Assembly: GCA_965655095.1 (NCBI GenBank)
Contig: OZ296649.1
Span: 29,636,001-29,700,000 of the forward strand
Length of the DNA stretch: 64,000 nt
Direction of reading: 5' to 3'
Origin: Haplodiscus bocki
Lineage: Eukaryota
In this document: positions 1 through 12,340 of the stretch, piece after piece
Layout: every line of letters begins with the position of its first letter
Position numbering within the stretch: position 1 is the stretch's first letter
The notes under the pieces: model-generated
What the model was told of the DNA's origin: nothing
The model's input: the letters and a program-made list of their open reading frames with translations, nothing else
Databases searched by the model: none
Made by a program: the position numbers and the translations under genes

Positions 1-49
1 AGACTGGATGACAAGCAAGTGGCAGAGGACTTTCAAGAAGAAGAGATCT

Positions 50-956
50 CATAGTTAAAATTCGAGAAATTATATATAAGAAAAGACTAGCAGCCTAGGG
101 AAGCATTTCAAACCTGCAAGAAGCCAGTTTCCTGTCTCGAGTGAACATTGAAACTTTCCTATTGAGTAAAAACTCACATACGAAGTAAAGACAATACAGA
201 AGACATTTTCCCCGTTTGAAAGTTGTTGCTTTCTTTTTTATAGAGATTTAGTGTTTTGATTTAAGTTATGTAGACAGACTAGCTAAAAACAGCAGTTGTG
301 TTGAATACCTTCGTGTCAGTGTTATTGTACTCTCACGAAACTCAGATTCAGCCCATGCGAACAAAGAGTGTGGAGGAGACTGCTCGAACATTTGGTCGCA
401 TGATCACCAAAACCAAATTCTGATGACGGAGCCAAGATCAACGGAGCTTTCAAAAATGTTCTGTCAAACCAAAGGCAATGACACTTACAACACAAACTTT
501 CAAACGAAATCGGCACTTGCACAGCTCAATATTCGATCTCTCGAGAACATCATGTATAAAAGTTTGAATAACAAATGGTTTTCTCGCTACATAAACGAAT
601 TACAGTCTTTCGTTATGGCAATCTTTTCTGGAATCAATGGCGTAACCGAATTGGCAACGAACAAGGTCTCGACGAAGCATGTTACAAATTTGGTTCCGCG
701 GACAGCGGGAGAGTTGAGTAAACTGGACAGAAAACCCAATTTGAAGCCAGGAGACAAACTTCCAATAGCGAAGGAATGTATACCGTTCCAAAAAGTGTAC
801 AAACAATGCTTCAATGCTTCACCGACGAAGTATTCCAGATTTACAAAAATGCAACCTTCAACGCACCCACTTCTTTGCTGGTTGACTCTGAAGAAGGAGA
901 CATTCATGGGATCTTTATCGGACCAAAGTCGACAAAAACTCGGTAGAAATGGATGA
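50..956 (+). pseudogene. Polinton/Maverick retroviral-like (rve, DDE) integrase, disrupted
   Basis: Manual translation across frameshifts gives IEI*CFDLSYVDRLAK..EYLRVSVIVLS (cf. EIWSxDLAxVDKLAK..KYLLVAVDVLS) and TFGRMITKTK. ORF 423-956 gives FCQTKGNDTYNTNFQTKSALAQLNIRSLENIMYK..KPNLKPGDKLPIAKECIPFQKVYKQCF (cf. KSAFAERxIRSLK..KFKxGDxVRIxK..FxKGYxxxF). Multiple stops and frameshifts; boundaries approximate. Confidence 0.85.
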
Positions 957-1797
957 GTTTGAGTTATACTTAAAGTCAACCGGTTCAATGGATCCTTATC
1001 GACAAAACAGTATATCATGCTTTCGCCTCGTGCTCGCAGAAGATATACAAACAAAGGGGATTGGAGATTGGCCTTGGCAGAATTAATTTTCCCAACAAGT
1101 ATCAAAAATGTTACCCCCAAAGAATACACAAGAAAATGTCCTTTCTGTTTTTTATCATTAATTGGCGATACAACCTCAGCAGGCGTAGTTGGGGAACATG
1201 AGGATTGGTCAAACCATGCCATTTTTCTTGTTGGCGAATACAATACTGTCAAGGATGGTGTCTTGCGTATACGTCTTGCGGTTGCTGAAACCACGAGACG
1301 CTTTGTTACCACTAGCACTGAAGAAGAGTGTGTAGAGTTCAAGTTTGCAGATGGTTATAGAATAAGTGGCGTGCCAGAAGTCTGTTCGACGAATTAGGTT
1401 TCAAGGGAATGCGAGATCCCAAACGAGGTGGGTTTTTTATTGGTAACAATGACAAAGTGAAGAAGCAAACATAACCTGTCAAAGGTCATTATCTGGCAGA
1501 TATTACAGCATGAGCCAACATTTTCCTTCGCTAACTATAATATCAACGAACACCAGCATATAGCTGGAATTAAAGCACCCGTTCTCTGTGTGATTGATAC
1601 AGAAAGACGCCTAACAAACGGTAACCTACAAATCCCCTCTGCAAGGAAACTTTAATCTTTTCTAGATTTGCAGTTTTAGAAGCTAGTTTTTGACACAATC
1701 AGTTGATTTGTTTCTGAATTTTGCTGTGTCAAGAGAGTACGTGCTAATTGTTGGAACCGGTTGCGTTGCTGAAACATTGAAGTTTTGCAAACTTTAA
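949..1797 (+). pseudogene. Polinton minor capsid (penton-like) protein, disrupted
   Basis: Starts MDEFELYLKSTGSMDPYRQNSISCFR, then GDWRLALAELIFPTSIKNV (cf. GEWEVGLAEIxYP). The C-terminal part reads HQHIAGIKAPVLCVIDTERRLTNGNLQI..GTGCVAETLKFCKL*, matching Polinton penton N- and C-terminal motifs. Confidence 0.75.
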
Positions 1798-1798
1798 A

Positions 1799-2150
1799 AT
1801 GCAGTCTCGTTAATCCCAGCAAGCAGTGATGCCTCACTTTTCGGTCGACACAAGACAGAGAAGAAGTGGTTTGGGATCCGTGGCCGCCGGAGTTGGACGG
1901 GTTGCGTTACTTTTGGCAAAACAAAGTACTTCTACCCGCTGTCAAATCAATAAAGAATAGTTGTTTAATCACAGTTTACAAGAAATGATGGATGTTGCAG
2001 CGAAAGAAAAACTCCCAAACAAATCCCGAACTCAGCTGTGCAAAAAAAGTGAAAAAGTAAATCGGAGGGAGTGCAGCAGTCAAAAAGAGTAAACAAGTGA
2101 AGAGAAACAATCGACAAAAGATGAAGCTACAGAGAAGTTCGTCAAATTTC
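1799..2150 (+). pseudogene. Small basic Polinton core/pVII-like protein with a GxG-type motif, disrupted
   Basis: MQSR*SQQAVMPHFSVDTRQRRSGLGSVAAGVGRVALLLAK resembles the QRGSGLG motif of the small virion proteins found between capsid genes in Polintons. A K/R-rich tail follows. End approximate. Confidence 0.5.
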
Positions 2151-2179
2151 TTTTCACGAATAAAACTTGTTACCTTACG

Positions 2180-3460
2180 TTTAATCTGTTGAAACATCAC
2201 ACTGTTCATTGGATATATTTGAGCGTACCCCTCTTCTGATTACTTTCAACACATATTTCGATTGGAAAATTGGTCCAGTATAGTATATGCTCCAAAACGA
2301 CCAACACTAGATTTCAAACTGATTGGAGATCCAAACAATTTCATCGATCTGCAGAACATCTATCTCGAACTGAATTGTAGGATTCTCCGACCTAATGATG
2401 ACAAACTGGAACACAATGCAGGTAAAGCTGCGGCCACTGATTCAACGTTTTTTGTTGAAACTACTCTACATTCTTTTTTTCTCTGAGTGTAGTATCACTG
2501 CGAAAGGCATCAAAATTTCCTCTGCTAATGACAATTACTCCCAAAAAGAATTCATTGAAACAGAATTTTCACACAGTCGGGAAGCCAAAGATGTTTAATT
2601 GAAATGTCAAGGATATTCCTATGAAGAGCAAACTGATTACTTTACTAAAAGCGTTTTCACTACAGGGACAGCTAAAACGTGGGAGTCCGCAGAGGTTTCT
2701 GTCGTTGGAAAATTTGTGTTGAACTTTTCCTCATGTGACAAACACCTGATAAGTGGAGTTACAATGAGGATTTCGTTCCTCAGAAACTGACCTGAATATG
2801 CGCTAGTTTGCGATGATGAAACAGAAGATGATGAAATCGGGACAATGCGAGTCATTTTATACGTTCGAAAAATGACAGTAAGTGACAACGTTTACACAGC
2901 CATTGAGATTACATTAACCAAAATCCCTGCTCTTTGCCTTTATACTGAGATCATACTCAAACATTTTATCATTCCCACAGGGGTGCAGAGCTGGAGTCAG
3001 GAACAGGTATGAATCAGGGAGCCAATTCGAATTTTGAAAATAGCTATGGCAAAAACGAGGCCCTTCTGGGAGCCGAGCGCGTATATCTTTCCATTCCTAA
3101 AAATTCAACTGGAAAAGCATTACAGATTATCGTAATGGTTATCTTGTTGCCGGAACTCCACTCCAAACACAGAACGATAGGAAACTCTACATTATTGCGC
3201 CTGAAGCTCTGGCTTTCGGAGAACATGGTAATGGATTTCCTTACAATGGGTATACAAATCACTATATTTTAACGTTCGACCAAAGCAGTAAACAACAAGC
3301 ATCTCTGAACATCTTTACCCAGAAGTGACAAAATGGATCTATGTCTATTAGCTTAAGGTTTGCAGCACAACTAACAAACACTGTAGAATTCTTTTTCCTA
3401 GGTGAACTGTCTTCTACTAAATACATTGATTCTTCTCGGAAGGTTTCCAGTAATAATTTC
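2180..3460 (+). pseudogene. Polinton major capsid protein (double jelly-roll, hexon-like), disrupted
   Basis: Consecutive fragments: SLDIFERTP, PTLDFKLIGDPNNFIDLQNIYLELNCRI, LHSFFSECSIT..ISSANDNYSQKEFIETEFSH, CDKHLISGVTMRISFLRN, LYVRKMTVSD, ISLRFAAQLTNTVEFFFLGELSSTKYIDSSRKV. About 420 codons in total, as expected for this MCP. Confidence 0.85.
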
Positions 3461-3489
3461 TTGAACACTAAGCTAGAAACCAGGCGTTC

Positions 3490-3915
3490 ATGGAGAGTAC
3501 CAAAGTTTTGCAACAATATACGAAGTGTATGTACCCCGGACATCGACTTCTGGGGGTACTTTCTGCCGATGCATCTCCTATCCCACTCAGCGGGAACACT
3601 CTCAATATTGTGAACTCCGAAAATTCTGATGAGGACGGGTGGCATTGGCTCTTAATATCTAGCAAACACGGAGTCTTTCTATCCGGTGAGCCATTGGGCT
3701 TAAACCTGGATGCCTAGAGGGCAGTTAACGGGCGCCTAACTTATGCAAAATTTAGTTGCGGAGATCTAATTCCAAAAAACCTTCTCAACCAACTACATCG
3801 ACGTTATGTGAACTTTGTTGTCTATACATTGCTTAAAATGCTTGCAGTGGCTACTACCCTGGAAAACCGCTAACCAATAAAGAACGCTTATTACGATTTG
3901 TAAAACCTTTATAAA
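3490..3915 (+). pseudogene. Polinton adenain-like cysteine (maturation) protease, disrupted
   Basis: LLGVLSADASP..IVNSENSDEDGWHWLLI (catalytic His), SGEPLG (degenerate FxDxxG), and QPTTSTLCELCCLYIA at ~3786-3833 (Q..S..CG.YC catalytic Cys motif). Confidence 0.8.
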
Positions 3916-6812
3916 CTTTTTTAAACTTCACTCACCTCAAATTCAACAAGTTTTCAAGATCTTTTATTTTCAATACAGGTCGAATAAAAAAAAAGCTAGC
4001 ATTCCTTTGTTTATGGTACCAAAGTTTAAAACATAACTATCAACCGTCCTTTGAAACAAACTTGCATGTGACCAGCAAGTATCAGGCTGACATTACTAAG
4101 AGAAACTGGAGACACGTCGCTGGTTTTTGCTGATCTGTCATTTCTGTTTCTCACACTGGGGACTCGTTTGCGTATTGGTTTCGTGTTTTGGAAAAATGGG
4201 CTGTTGTGTTCCAGATTCCTGTTTTATTTGACTGTTCGATTAAGTTTCCCAAACATTTCGCCATTCAACTTTAAGTAACGAGTAGTGTGTATCAGAGCCC
4301 AGAACGTTGAGTAAAAACATGGCACAGCGTATCCCTTTCGTCGCTTTTCGAAATTTGGATCTTGATACTAAGAGAAAATGGTAATCGTTTTGCTCAAGGT
4401 CAAACCATTCCCTTTCCTCAGAGTGTCAACCAAAAGCATAACAGATGTCATTTTTGAATTTCCCCTCATGGGGTTCTTGAAAACAAATAAAATAGCAAAA
4501 TTGTTTCTAAAGTTCTTGAAAAAATCGGGCGTCTTTCATACAAAAGCCTCAACCAAGTTTAGAAGCTGATAACAAAATTGAATCGGAATTAGTATCAATC
4601 ACTAAACAAATATATGGTTTCAAAAAGTTCTTGGCATGAAAGAATGAGTTTACGAAAGAAGATGTATGTTCACAGGCATATACATTTAAATGATTAATTA
4701 TGTAGAGTTACTGCCAGAAAAAATTAATCTTAGAATCTGAAATAATTTTCTACTTTGCATTGCGTCGTCTTCTCTTGGCCTTGGTTGCATTCCATTGTTC
4801 TCTTTTTTGTTAATCAACCGACTAAACTCAGATGCAGTGAGTGGAAGTCGCTGATCCGGATAATACTCATCATCGACACCTTGTTTTGAAAAGTTTCAGA
4901 AACAATTAGGTCCCATTGTTAGGATACGTTTTTGATTCTAACTCGTATTTGAAGCCCCTCAGTTTTTGGAACATCAATGTAGCTATCCCGGAAATTGATG
5001 TCAGTACTGGCATAGAACCTACAATTCAAGATTCTTGCACAGTCAGGCAGATTGGAGCAGGAACGTGTTTTCTACGGAACGTATGAAGTTAAATGATACA
5101 AACTGTTAAATTAAAACCACACACAGAATGCTTGATGTATAGGGCTTAAATTTTAATGTTAGAAGGGAGTTGTTTGATTTGTTGACAAGCAGTGGCAGTG
5201 ATATTAATTGCCAAACAAAAAGGAGAAGGAAAATTAGTTCAAAATACTGTGAATTCAGGATCGTACAGGGACTTCCTTCACTACTTGTAAACAAATTTCA
5301 TCTTTCGCCTAGACAAAAACCTTGATTGTGGAGAAATGAGATGATTAGGGCCACTATTCGTAATACGATTGGTAAAATTGATTAAAACCAGTCAGAGCTG
5401 GTGGTCTCGACAAGTACTTGTAAACAAACCGTCTAATGTCTAAATATTACATGTAGAGTGAAAAAACTATCTCAATTTTGTCACCATTCGAACTTTCTTT
5501 TCTCAAAAACTAATTAATTTTCAGAAAAAACGTTGAAATGACAATTGAATACCTCTTTAAATTTTTTTTAATAGTGATTTTTCACTTTCGATACTTCACG
5601 AAGCCTGACTTCAATTATTCAAGATTGTAAACACTTAAAATTCATAGAATGAAAACAAGAATTCAAACATTCACCAGCTATTTTAGTTCCTATCGAAATT
5701 TTTTTCACAATAAATCATTCAATAAATTGGAGGAGATTGTCAGAGAAGAGAAATCAGATGACGATTGGAGCGGTAAAATTTCCATATCCAAACCTAAAGA
5801 CATATTTGATCTGTTGAAGAGCCAGAGCGTCCGACCTAACATTGTCAACTGTTTTGGGACTGTAGGCCTGTCAGAGGAAAAGTGTCCTGTAGGTACGAGT
5901 GTTGACGGATTCCGTTTACCTGTTAGTGTTCCCGAAGTCTTATTCCGCTTCGTTTGTGAGGACATACCCTAATCCGAGAAGCAGTTGTGTAAAATGTTGG
6001 ACTTACAAACCTTAGAGTTGTAATGCGAGACGAAGAGCAAATCGCAATCTCCACGCCTGAAATAAGTAAGACCGCCATTTCTTTTTTCAACCCCTCCTTG
6101 TCAAGGTAGTAAAGAGGACAGTACAGAAATTATTCAGCTTCAAACTCCTGTGAAGTTAGGGTCTTGCTACTCGCCTGAAAGCCCACGGCTCCAAAAAAGA
6201 AGAAATGGGAAATGGGAAAACCGTCACATATTTTCATCAGAAGAAAAGATAGTAATTGTTGAAAATGTTTAAACTACATATTAGTTGACAACAACATTTA
6301 TGATTGACTTCTAGATTTTCCGATATCCAACAAAAATTTCTTTTCTAAATAATTTTAAAAACCACAGCATGGCTGATTACCATTTTGAGGAATTTTAGTT
6401 GAAATAAATTGATCTAACTCTTCCCATCTAAAACAAAACAAAACCAGTCATGCATTATTTGCAGTGAGCGGATGGCAGTTAAACAAGGACATACAAACTT
6501 CAAAGAAATTGCTCGTGTGATGCTAGTCAGGTTTGAGTTGCAGAGTAGTAAAATTGATATTAAAAGAACAAAAGCCATCAGCCAAAGTTCTTTTTGAGGA
6601 AACACTAGAACGAGAGGAATTTGTTTTCAGACTGAGACAAAGGACGCTATCTAAAACAGCCAGAACTCCTTCAATGGTAACGTAATTGATGAGAGAACCT
6701 ACTTTTAGCCTGCAGCGTTAGTCAACAAAACAGAAATCATAAACAAAAAGGTAAAAATTTTTTACTATCTCAGATTTTCCGAATCAGTTCAATAAACTCA
6801 CCAGCGAAAAGG

Positions 6813-9800
6813 ATGATAAACTGTGATCTTTGTAGGAAAACAAATTCAATTAAAAAAAATGTACACCGGCATCTTCGCAACATTCATTACATTGAAACTT
6901 CGAAGTCAGAGCGAAGAAACTGCATGGAATGTCCTTCCAAAATTTATTCCTTGGCAGTAATGAAAAAACACGTTGAAGAAAACCACTTTACAGCACAACA
7001 GAAACTTTGCATATACTGCAAAAGTCTCTTGTCTGACACAAAAACTTTCAATAAACATTCACAAGAAGTTCATTTGTTGCCTCCAGTTACGCAAATGCAA
7101 AATTGGGTAGGCCAATTACCTCAAGCGTCTGTGTTCAGTTAAACAGTACAGACGTGCTTCCGAGAAGCGAATGGTGATCTTGATTTCCTACAATTTATGG
7201 TAGGCAGAAAGCAAATAAGTGATGAGATTATAGAAGAAGCTGTTTGAGCAGAACCGAAAAATTGCAGCTATCGGCAAAAGTCAAATTTCAAAAACGTTGT
7301 TTGGAAGATGAAGACAAAACCGATAACAAGATTCATGTGAACTCCATAATGGAAACAGTCTACGTGGAGGAGAGACTCATTGAGGACATTGAGGAACATT
7401 TTTTCACGATGTTGGATCAAATGTTACTGAATCTGTTCAGTTCACGGAAATGGGTGGATGCTCAAAGACTTCAATTTTCTCTGCGTTAAACTAGATTACT
7501 ATGTCCAAGTTCGAGGTTCATCCGACCATGCATTGCCAAGCGACCTTCAAAGTATAAGTTATTTGTGGAACATATGGAATCGGAAAGATAACGTTTGCTT
7601 CCTTTACTGTTACGTGGCCACTTGGTGTTTGGTTACGCTCAGAGTCTGTTTTTACTGTCAGTTGGGGAATGAGAACGAACTAAGGAACAAATAGTCCTTG
7701 TAGTCCAATGACACATCAACCAACTGGCAATTCTTAAATGCCGACGGCTTTGAATCAAACTCCAAAGTTTGAAAACTTGAACAAAGTCCCAGTGAAAGTA
7801 TCCCGTTACCAGAAGAAAGATCTTACGCCAATGTGAGTATCCAAATGACAGGAATTACCATTCATCTTAGACCTTCTTCTTCTTAACTATAATCAATCTT
7901 ACCATAATTTTTTCATCAAAGACTTGAAAATTTTTTTGAGCAGTCTAAAATAACAAGTTCTACGATGCAATAGCGAAAAATGGCGTGACTATTTTCTTGT
8001 TTGCTACACAGCTGAAATATGTGACAGACATAATGAGACTTGAAGGCAAAACCAAGCAACCACCAATAAGTTACCAGACGAAACGAAAACCGACCTACAA
8101 TTTCGAGACTATCAGAATAGGTGGTTCGCAACATGTGTCATGTATTCTGGGTTTGAGTGGCTCGTCCTATCCGTATTAACATGTTCCAAACTGCTAATAG
8201 TAGTTCAAGTGAGATCCTAGGTAGGCATGCACTTTGTGGAACTTGCTCGGTTGTTATTGGGCACAACAATTCATAACACTTTTCATTCAAATTGGAAAGT
8301 TTGTCTATTTGAATGCAAAGTTTCGTCACAGAAATTTGAAAAAAAACTGACAAATTACATTTACGAAAAGAAACAGTTACATCGAAACTACACAAGATAA
8401 GTACATTTTCCATCCAATTAGTGCTGGAGTTGTTAACAACATTCAGGTTAAAGTGATAGAGTTTTAGATCATTGTATTGGCAGCGGAAGGTTCTTGCTTT
8501 TTTCTCACAGTGAATGCAAACTAAAACAACGCACAATAGCTACATTCCGATATTCGCTCATAATCTTTGGATTTAGGATTTACATTTCAATTGCAAAAAT
8601 CTAAACTCCTTCCTTGAAGATAGTAAAATTCAAATTATTCCAACAACCGCCGAAAAATACATATCGCTTTCGATTGGTAATAAAGTTGCATCTTAATCGT
8701 CGAGGGGTTGAATGACATTTCTACGAATATTTACGTTCACTCGACTCTTATAGGTATTTGGTTTCATCTCTGGACAAACTTGTGAGTTTTTTACCTGCAG
8801 AAAACTTCAAATTATTGGACAATCATTTTCCTCAACAATGTTCCGACGGTTTGCAACTATTCCATCAGAAAAGATTTAACCCCTACTCTTGTTCCGATTT
8901 CCATGAAAACTTCAAGGAAATATCTTTGCCCAATGTAGAAAAATTGACAGACTCTCTCTAATACAATCGAGTGTCAATTATTCTACAGCATTTTTAACAT
9001 TAAACGGAGGTTTTTCAAATGTTTGGTTGTCAAAATCTTGGTAGTTACCACGACCTATACGTAACAACGGACACTTCGCTATTTGCTTGTGTGGCTGAGC
9101 AGTTTCGAAAAGTTACACACTCGACTTATGGATTGGATAATGTTCAGAATTACACCTGTTCTCATCTTTCTGTCGATGCTTCACTAAAAACCTAAAAAAA
9201 AGACAAGCAAGAATTGAATTGTTCGAAGACCGTGGTCATTTGGAGATGGCTGAGAACTTGATCGGAAGTGGTGTCTCTTGAGTGTTTTCGAAGCGTTCAG
9301 CTACGATGAACAACAATTACTTGGAAGGATTTGACGAGACGAAAGCGAGATTAAATGGTCCCTCATGGATGCAAACAACATTTATGGTGGAAATATGCAA
9401 ACATTTCCACATCCTTTGAGCGATTTTGATTTTGTGGATGTTGGAAAGAGCTCGATTTTTTAAACTCCAAACAACTCTGCAATTGGTTTTGTATTAGAAG
9501 TCGATATGGACATATGGACTATTATGATGCACTTCAAAACATGCACAAAGGCTCTCCAGTGGCTCCAACGCAGGAGAAAAATGTTTGCAAATTGTTTTGC
9601 GAGTATCAAGTGGGTCTATTGGATCCAGTATTCAACAGACATGTTGCCACGCCACAGCTTGTACAGACGGTATTTGCAAGAACAAATACAACGTGCATCA
9701 CATTTCCATAAAGCTCTACGTGGATCTTGGTCTCAAAGTTACTAAACTACATCAGGTCCATCAGTTCAGTCAATTCAGTCAGCAAACGTGGTTCAATCCC

Positions 9801-10830
9801 ATATCACCCGGAACACCAGAATGCAAACTCATCCAAAGAACAAGTCCGAAGCGTCATTTTATAACCTATGAACAATTCTTGTTATGGTAAAACTCTTGAA
9901 AGCAAACGAAATAGAGTCAACCTAAAGTTAGTTAAGACAAGGAATTTCATCCTTAAAAACTCTGATAAAATTTTGCTTAAATCAGTCAACATGCTCGACG
10001 CAAACCTGGTTGCACATCAAGTTGCAGAGGACAATTATACTGGAAAACGCCAGTTGTCGTGGACGCTTGCATAATCGATCTTGCCAAGTTGCATATGTAT
10101 TAATTCCATTACAAGGTAAACATAAAACACCAACATCAGTACTTTTAACCCAGAGACTAAAACAAAAAATCCGGCGAAATTTCTACAAATATGGTATGAT
10201 TTTATGATCTTTGGGTGTCACGGCGAATTGATCTAGAGGTAATGACAAAACGTTCGGAAGCCGGCGGTAAGATTTTTGAAACAGTCTAAGTCCACTGAAA
10301 AACTTTTTTGTTTCTAGTTGATGAAGATGACATTCGACTGCTCACCATTGTGTTCCGATATTGATTCTCGGTTTTATGAGATCGATGGACAAGTTTCTAT
10401 GAGACTGAAGCCAACCACACCATGCTACGTGGTCATTTCAACTTCTCTGCCTATACGAAAGACAGTCCTCTTCATTAAGACACAAACAAGATGATCACAC
10501 ACAAATTCAGAGATGAGATGGCGGAAATGTCACTCGAGAAGTCGTTGGTTTCAAACCCAAGATATATTCAATAGTTTAAGAGAACCAACAGAAGATGTCA
10601 ACCAAAAGCATTTCTCGATTCGCTCAAATATTACAGAAGCATGATGTCTCCAAAAGTGATGTAGTGAGTGGTCACCACATGAGGTCAAACAACATAGGAA
10701 TTGGCTCTTCAAAACAACTGCTCCAAACGATTTGAAACAACAGTAATTTCGAGTGCCTCCAATGACAAGCTTTTAAAACAAAATGATGGCATACATTCTC
10801 GTTTTTACGGCCACTACGAAGAAAGAGACT
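6813..10830 (+). pseudogene. Protein-primed family B DNA polymerase (pPolB) of Polinton with N-terminal C2H2 zinc fingers and an EndoVII-like insert; disrupted; putative intron 10116-10317
   Basis: Three C2H2 motifs (6813-7142); RGSSDHALP..NRKDNVCFLYC (7458-7694); CWSC..VLDHCIGSGRF..HSECKLK (~8420-8525); SSLDKLVSFL; YHDLYVTTDT. Polymerase motif A MDANNIYGG (9365), motif B MNNSCYGKT (9868), motif C CSDIDS (10351, cf. YSDTDS), and C-terminal NDGIHSRFYGHY. Confidence 0.9.
10116..10317 (+). other. Putative 202-bp GT-AG spliceosomal intron in pPolB
   Basis: The junctions read AAG|GTAAAC...ttttttgtttctAG|TTG. Removal gives in-frame LAKLHMY*FHYK-LMKMTFDCSPLCSDIDS, restoring normal spacing to motif C. 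Confidence 0.7.
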
Positions 10831-11444
10831 GGCAAGTGCATGGAGAGATCCTGGCCGACGATGACCAAGGAGATGAGGAGCGGAAGGGAACCCCACAAGT
10901 AGTCCAACCTCGTCTACTAAAATCAGGGAATTCACAATTTCACCTGCTAGCAACATCCCATTGTTTTCAAACTTTGATGGTGACCATGAACGAGGCAACT
11001 ATGAAGTTCAAACACAAATCTCAGATAAGATATTCAACTCTCTTGACCCTGGAGTGCATCAACGATGTCACTGGGGAGTGAACTGGAAGAAGCCGTTCAC
11101 TTTGAGGAAAAAACAACTGCATATGCAAGTCCTAGACAAAGAAAAACTTTCATTGACGACAAAGCTGGAAAAGATTCCTTTTGAGACTTCAATTCAGAGT
11201 ATGTCTATGGATGTGACTATCAACTATATAAATAACACCTCTCCGTGGAAGTTTCTTTCCATTTTCGATGTCCCCCAACCCAAGAGAAGACGAGTTGTAA
11301 ACATTTCAAGTGACACTGGGTAAACATTGTTCCTACAAACGGATTTGCGCAGAGCGTTATGATAATGTTTTCCATCGTAAACGTTGAGAAAAAAACTTGA
11401 AGTGCTTCTTTTCACGTAGATAACACCCACCCCTGAAAATGAGC

Positions 11445-12340
11445 ACAAAAAACTTCTGTCAAAGTGCGATCGGAAAAAACCTCTGTGAAAGAGTGCACGG
11501 AAAAATCCCATGTGAAAAAAAGGCGGGCTGAAGAAGGTTCTGCAAAGAAGTGCACGGAAAAAGCCCATCCGAAGGAGCGAACGGAAGAAAGCCGCTGTGA
11601 AAGAACGCACGGAAAAAACGGACGTAAAAGAGCGCACGGAAAAACCCCAGCCGAAATGGCACATGGAAGAAGTGCCGGCAAAGGAGCACACGGAAGCAGC
11701 ACCTGCGATGGAGAACACGGAAAGGGATCCTGCGATGGAGAACACGGAAGGAGCGCCGGCAAAAGAGAGCACGGAAAAAGCCCCCGCAGACGAACACACG
11801 GAGAAAAGGCCCTGCAAAAAAGCGCATGGAAAAATATGCTGTGACGGAGCGCACAGAAAAACCCCTGTGATAGAGCGCGCGGAAAAAACCCCTGCAGAAG
11901 AGTGACAGAAAACGCCCCTCTGAGAAAGCGGAAGACAAAACGACAAAACCCACACGGTATGGCGCACGGAAGAAACCACAGCAGAAGAGCGCAAGAAAAA
12001 AACCCTTTCAAGCGAGCAAACAGGAAAAGCCCCAACGAAAGAGCGCACGGAAAAAGTTCTGCGAAGGAGCGCACGGAAATAGCCCCTGCGAGAGAGCATA
12101 ATGAGAAATTCCTGTTAAATAGCATACAGAAAAGTCCTTTGAAAGAGCGCACCGAAAAACCTTCTGTGAAATGTTGCACGGAAAAATCCCCTTTGAAGCG
12201 GCGCAAGGGAAAACCCACTGCGAAAAAGAGCTCTGAAAAGCCCTTGCGAAAAAGCTTACTGTAGCGCCCCTGCGAGATAATGTTGAGAAAAGGTACTGCA
12301 AAACTGTACGAAAAAAATCGTGCGGAGAGTGCTGAGGAAA
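11445..12340. repeat. Degenerate 27-bp minisatellite (~33 copies), consensus approximately AAAAACCCCTGCGAAAGAGCGCACGG(A)
   Basis: CACGGAAAAA-like motif recurs every ~27 bp. It translates to 9-aa repeats (KERTEKTDV/KEHTEAAPA/MENTEGAPA). Confidence 0.9.

Larger units (their letters stand above)
1..11323 (+). mobile_element. Degenerate Polinton/Maverick (endogenous adintovirus-like element), left part outside the window
   Basis: Co-located integrase, penton, MCP, protease and pPolB remnants. No packaging ATPase or terminal inverted repeat was identified inside the window. Right boundary uncertain. Confidence 0.9.

Noticed and set aside
587-1342. 251-aa minus-strand ORF
   Set aside because: It is the antisense shadow of the integrase and penton remnants on the + strand.
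4050-4640. Possible DEDD exonuclease-like or ATPase remnant on the minus strand of the Polinton
   Set aside because: Too degenerate; no Walker A motif or unambiguous catalytic residues could be read.
11445-12340. CRISPR-like periodicity
   Set aside because: Units are contiguous degenerate tandem copies with no unique spacers, there are no cas genes, and the context is eukaryotic.
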